Source of the DNA: Octopus sinensis
Taxonomy: Eukaryota
DNA length: 64,000 bases
Direction of reading: 5' to 3'
Assembly (NCBI RefSeq): GCF_006345805.1
Contig: NC_042998.1
Span: 10,540,001-10,604,000, forward strand
Shown here piece by piece: positions 60,411-64,000 of the stretch; the stretch's first letter is position 1, and each line of letters opens with the position of its first letter. The notes under the pieces were generated by a model, which worked only from the letters and a program-made list of their open reading frames with translations, was not told the DNA's origin and did not search any database. A program made the translations under genes and the position numbers.

Positions 60411-63400
60411 ATTGTAAGCTGAGACGATAAGACGTGTTTTTACTCCTCTCTGCGCCGGTCAGCAGCAAGCTTCACAGCTACATTCGTCGTAATTGACCAT
60501 CACATATATTCCTGTATATTTGAAACCACGCTTTTTCCCAACTCGTGAGTAGACTTTTCCTTAACCACAAACTATTTTCATAATTTTCAAACGACCAAAT
60601 ATTTTCAAACACCTTCTGATAACTAAAGGATCACCCACACATTAAAAATTAGAAAAAGAGGGGAAAAAAAAAGAAAAGAAAAGAAAGATAAAATAACTAC
60701 AAGCTCATAATTCAAATACAAACATTCTGTACAATCAATTCTACATACTTCTCCTTAAAAAAAAAAAATAATAATAATTAAAAGTAATCAACAAAACGAA
60801 CGAACAAAATAAAATTTAATAAAACATATCAACCAGAATGGCTAGCCACCAAAAATCCAACAAAAACTGGTCTGATAATGAAGTCGACGTTCTTATCAAC
60901 ACATGGCATGGCCTTACCGAAACAGAGAGCATAGGTGCTTCGTGTCTGAACGAAATTGCCAAACGAACAGTTCACCATTTGCAAACTCGATCTGAACAGC
61001 AGATCCAAAATAAATTAAAACAAATCGAAGTTGCTTTTAAATTAATAAATAAACACTTCGATAAACTGAGATGTGTTTTCTCTTCGAACGCATCACCGGC
61101 GCAACAACAACAACAACAACCTCAACAACAACAAACTCAGCGGCACAACAACAACAACAACACTACAGCAACAACAACAACTTCAGCAGCAACACCTCAA
61201 CAACAACAACAGGATGAACCACTCCTTGATTCATCTACAATGGCCGATTTGCTAAATGAAACGATTGACCCCCCAGTCATCAGGGTCACACAGCAGGAAG
61301 CACCACCCCTTCCTTTCACTGCCCCAGCAGCTGAATCATCATCATTGTCAACACCATCTCCTCTGCTTACTACTACTAGTACTACTCCCACTATATATCG
61401 ACAAACATCTTTGTCTTGGAATCGACCTCCTCAATCATTACCACTGTCAACATCTCTCTACCTACTACTACTACTACTACTACAGCTACTACTACTAATG
61501 CTATCTCAAGGAATTTACCTCCTACAGGTCACAAAGGTCGCCAAAACTTCAACAAACTATCATCTACACCTTTCACAGCTCACACACACACACGCACCTA
61601 CACCCCACTCGAAACCCCATCATTTGCCGATATTCTCTACGCCATAGACTGTGCACTGATAGAGACTGCAAATTCACCCATTTACCTGGAACAAAACGCT
61701 CTATCCCCACAAACTACAACAGCAACCACCATAACCAACATCACCACAACCACCAATATCTCAAACAAGGAATCCCCAAATCTGCCGCTATTCCCAGCGA
61801 GACAGATTGTGCTTGCACAGGGATTGCCCCTTTACCCATCTCCCGGGGACTCGTCGGACATTTAAAGATAACCACTCACATAAAAATAGCCGCGGCCACA
61901 GTCACCTGCGGTTCCCTAGACAGGAAACCACCTCTTCTTCCTTTTTTAGCTATAATGAATCTAGCAAAAGAACTGGAAAAAAACATCCGAGCTATCACCC
62001 ACCGCCATCCACCACTATTATCCCACTACACATGCCATTAAAAAGCAATCAAATAAACAAATCACCAAAACAATTAAAACCATCCACTCTCGCCTCAACA
62101 TTTCTGCTTAATGCCCAAGCATCAGCCCTTCCACCAATACACAAAAATGGAAGATAAGATTCCTGGAGGACTGGGTCGAGGCCCATCCAAACCACATCCC
62201 TTTCTTCGTCCTCACTGAAACCCATCTTAGTGACCTCCACTTGGAAGCCGAGGTGAAAGTTAAAAATTTCAAAACCATTCGTGCTGATCGTGTTGGCAGA
62301 AGAAAGGGTGGGACTGCCATTTATGTCCATGATTCATTCTCAACAGAAGCCATGAACATATTTTCGAATGGATACTGCGAAGCAGTTGCTGTATTCAGTC
62401 AACCAACAACTTAACAGTAGTTGGGCTCTACAGACCACCCCAAACGCCCCTACCATGCTTCAAGGATGCCTCAACAGCATAAAGTGTTTCATTCAGCAGT
62501 GTCAACCTGACAACATTTTAATGATGGAGATTTCAACCTTCCCGGGGTTGACTGGTCTACAAACAGTCTGCCGCCAGGTTCTTCTCTCTCAACCCCTGAC
62601 AGGGAGGCAGTGGAATCGCTTCTTGACTTCATGGATGACTTCTTCTTGTCCCAACTGGTACTCGAACCAACGAGATGTCACAAAACGTCTTAGACTTAAT
62701 TTTCAGCAATCACACTGATACTATCCACAATATTGCAGTGGAGAAAACCCTACTCTCCGACCATGACATGGTTCTCTGTGATCCGAGATTTCACTGGCCA
62801 AAATGCAAAACAAATGTCATCCCTCCTGCTCATCCATTTGACACTATGGATTTCCACAATGCAAACTGGGAAGCGATCAATAATGATCTTGCACAAGTCG
62901 ATTGGTCCTTCACGCACACTAACACACCCACTAACATCAAAAAGTCCTGGCAGTCACTTGTAGACACCATCACGAACATATGTGCAAGACACACCCCATT
63001 AAGATCTGCAAACAAATCTAAGTGTCGAATCCCTAGAAATAGAAAATCTCTCATAAGGAAAATTAAAAGAATCAACAAAAAGATCAACATGCTGAAATAC
63101 TGTCAACAGCAACACACAACCTGACTGCCATCTCGTCGCTAGAGATTAAAAAACATAAACTCCAAAACAACATGATGTCTATCATCAATAGTCAGCGAAG
63201 AGCTGAAGAGGCCTGGGCCATTGAGAAGATCAAACTCAATCCCAAAGTGTTTTTTTTCATTTGCAAAAAACACAGAGTCACTGGTTCTACTGTTGGCCCT
63301 CTGATTGATGAAAATGGTACTCTTCAAGACAATGCCAAAACCATGGGAGAAATATTGCAGAAACAATATTGCTCTTGTTTCAGCAATCCTGATATGACTG

Positions 63401-64000
63401 ATCTGGGCTGTATCAGTGATGTTACTCCCCAATACACTTTATCGGACATAACATTTGGCGCTCCTGATGTCTTAGCAGCAATAAAGGAAATGAAGCATAA
63501 TTCAGCAGTAGGTCCCGATAGGTCCCCTGCTTTGTCTTGAAGATGTGTCAAAACCAACTTGCACCCCCTCTAGCCAATCTGTAGCGGAACTCATTGGATG
63601 CTGGATATATACCAGAAGACCTTCTATCCCAGTCTGTTGTCCCAGTTTTCAAAAAAGGAAACAAATCGCTTGCCGTGAATTACCGTCCAATCTCACTCAC
63701 CTCTCATATCATCAAGGTATTTGAGAGGGTGCTGAGATCGCGTATGACTCACTTCCTTGAGAGTCATAATATGCTGAACCCCAACCAGCATGGATTCCGT
63801 AATGGGAGAGATTGCCTGACGCAGCTACTGCATCATTTTGATGACATTTTGAGAGCCTTGGGAGAGGGTTCCAACACTGATGTCATCTACCTTGATTTCA
63901 GCAAGGCCTTTGACAGGGTTGATCATAAGATCCTTCTGAGAAAGCTGTCCAATATTGGTGTCACTGGAAAGCTGCTGCAATGGATCAAGTGCTTCCTCTC
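60408..64000 (+). mobile_element. CR1-type LINE with 5' UTR, ORF1 and ORF2 (APE plus RT), frameshifted, continuing beyond the window
   Basis: ORF2 motifs LTETHL, IRADRVGRRKGGTAIYV, LYRPP, GDFNLP, SDHDMV, NYRPISLTSHIIKVFER, QHGFR.GR.CLTQLL, IYLDFSKAFDRVDH; inserted after (TA)n. Confidence 0.92.
60838..61647 (+). pseudogene. LINE ORF1 (frameshifted) with an N-terminal Myb/SANT-like three-helix domain and Q/T-rich low-complexity linker
   Basis: NWSDNEVDVLINTW..NEIAKR..RSEQQIQNKLKQIEVAFK fits the W..E...LI..W..IA..R+..Q...K pattern. Confidence 0.65.

Overview
AT-rich, repeat-saturated animal genomic DNA. The SINE and microsatellite content points to an octopus or coleoid cephalopod (inference). 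Only one host protein-coding gene is supported: PGAP4/TMEM246 (GPI-GalNAc transferase, minus strand, 50526-51818). Its large coding exon starts at a splice acceptor and has no in-frame ATG before the first transmembrane segment. The rest is a layered transposon landscape: at least four tRNA-derived SINE families; CR1-, RTE-, R4/Dong- and Tx1-type LINEs; four or five Penelope-like (PLE) relics; Tc1, mariner and maT(DD37D) elements; hAT, piggyBac and Chapaev-like DNA transposons; Helitrons; long (TATG)n/(AAT)n/(TA)n arrays; and a 100-N gap. Main observations: (i) several unrelated families of minimal type I hammerhead ribozyme (HHR) motifs, repeatedly arranged as head-to-head inverted duplications, including a perfect 77-bp fold-back whose motif suggests a G3:C8 core swap; (ii) a PLE 3' module with a tRNA-like Pol III promoter upstream of its HHR that also occurs as solo copies; (iii) a 1.8-kb composite Helitron carrying a piggyBac fragment, delimited by an in-window empty-site paralog; (iv) a CR1-type LINE whose ORF1 begins with a Myb/SANT-like domain; (v) a SINE/LINE pair sharing a covarying 3' stem-loop. 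All assignments come from reading the sequence by eye. No database searches were run and many boundaries are approximate.
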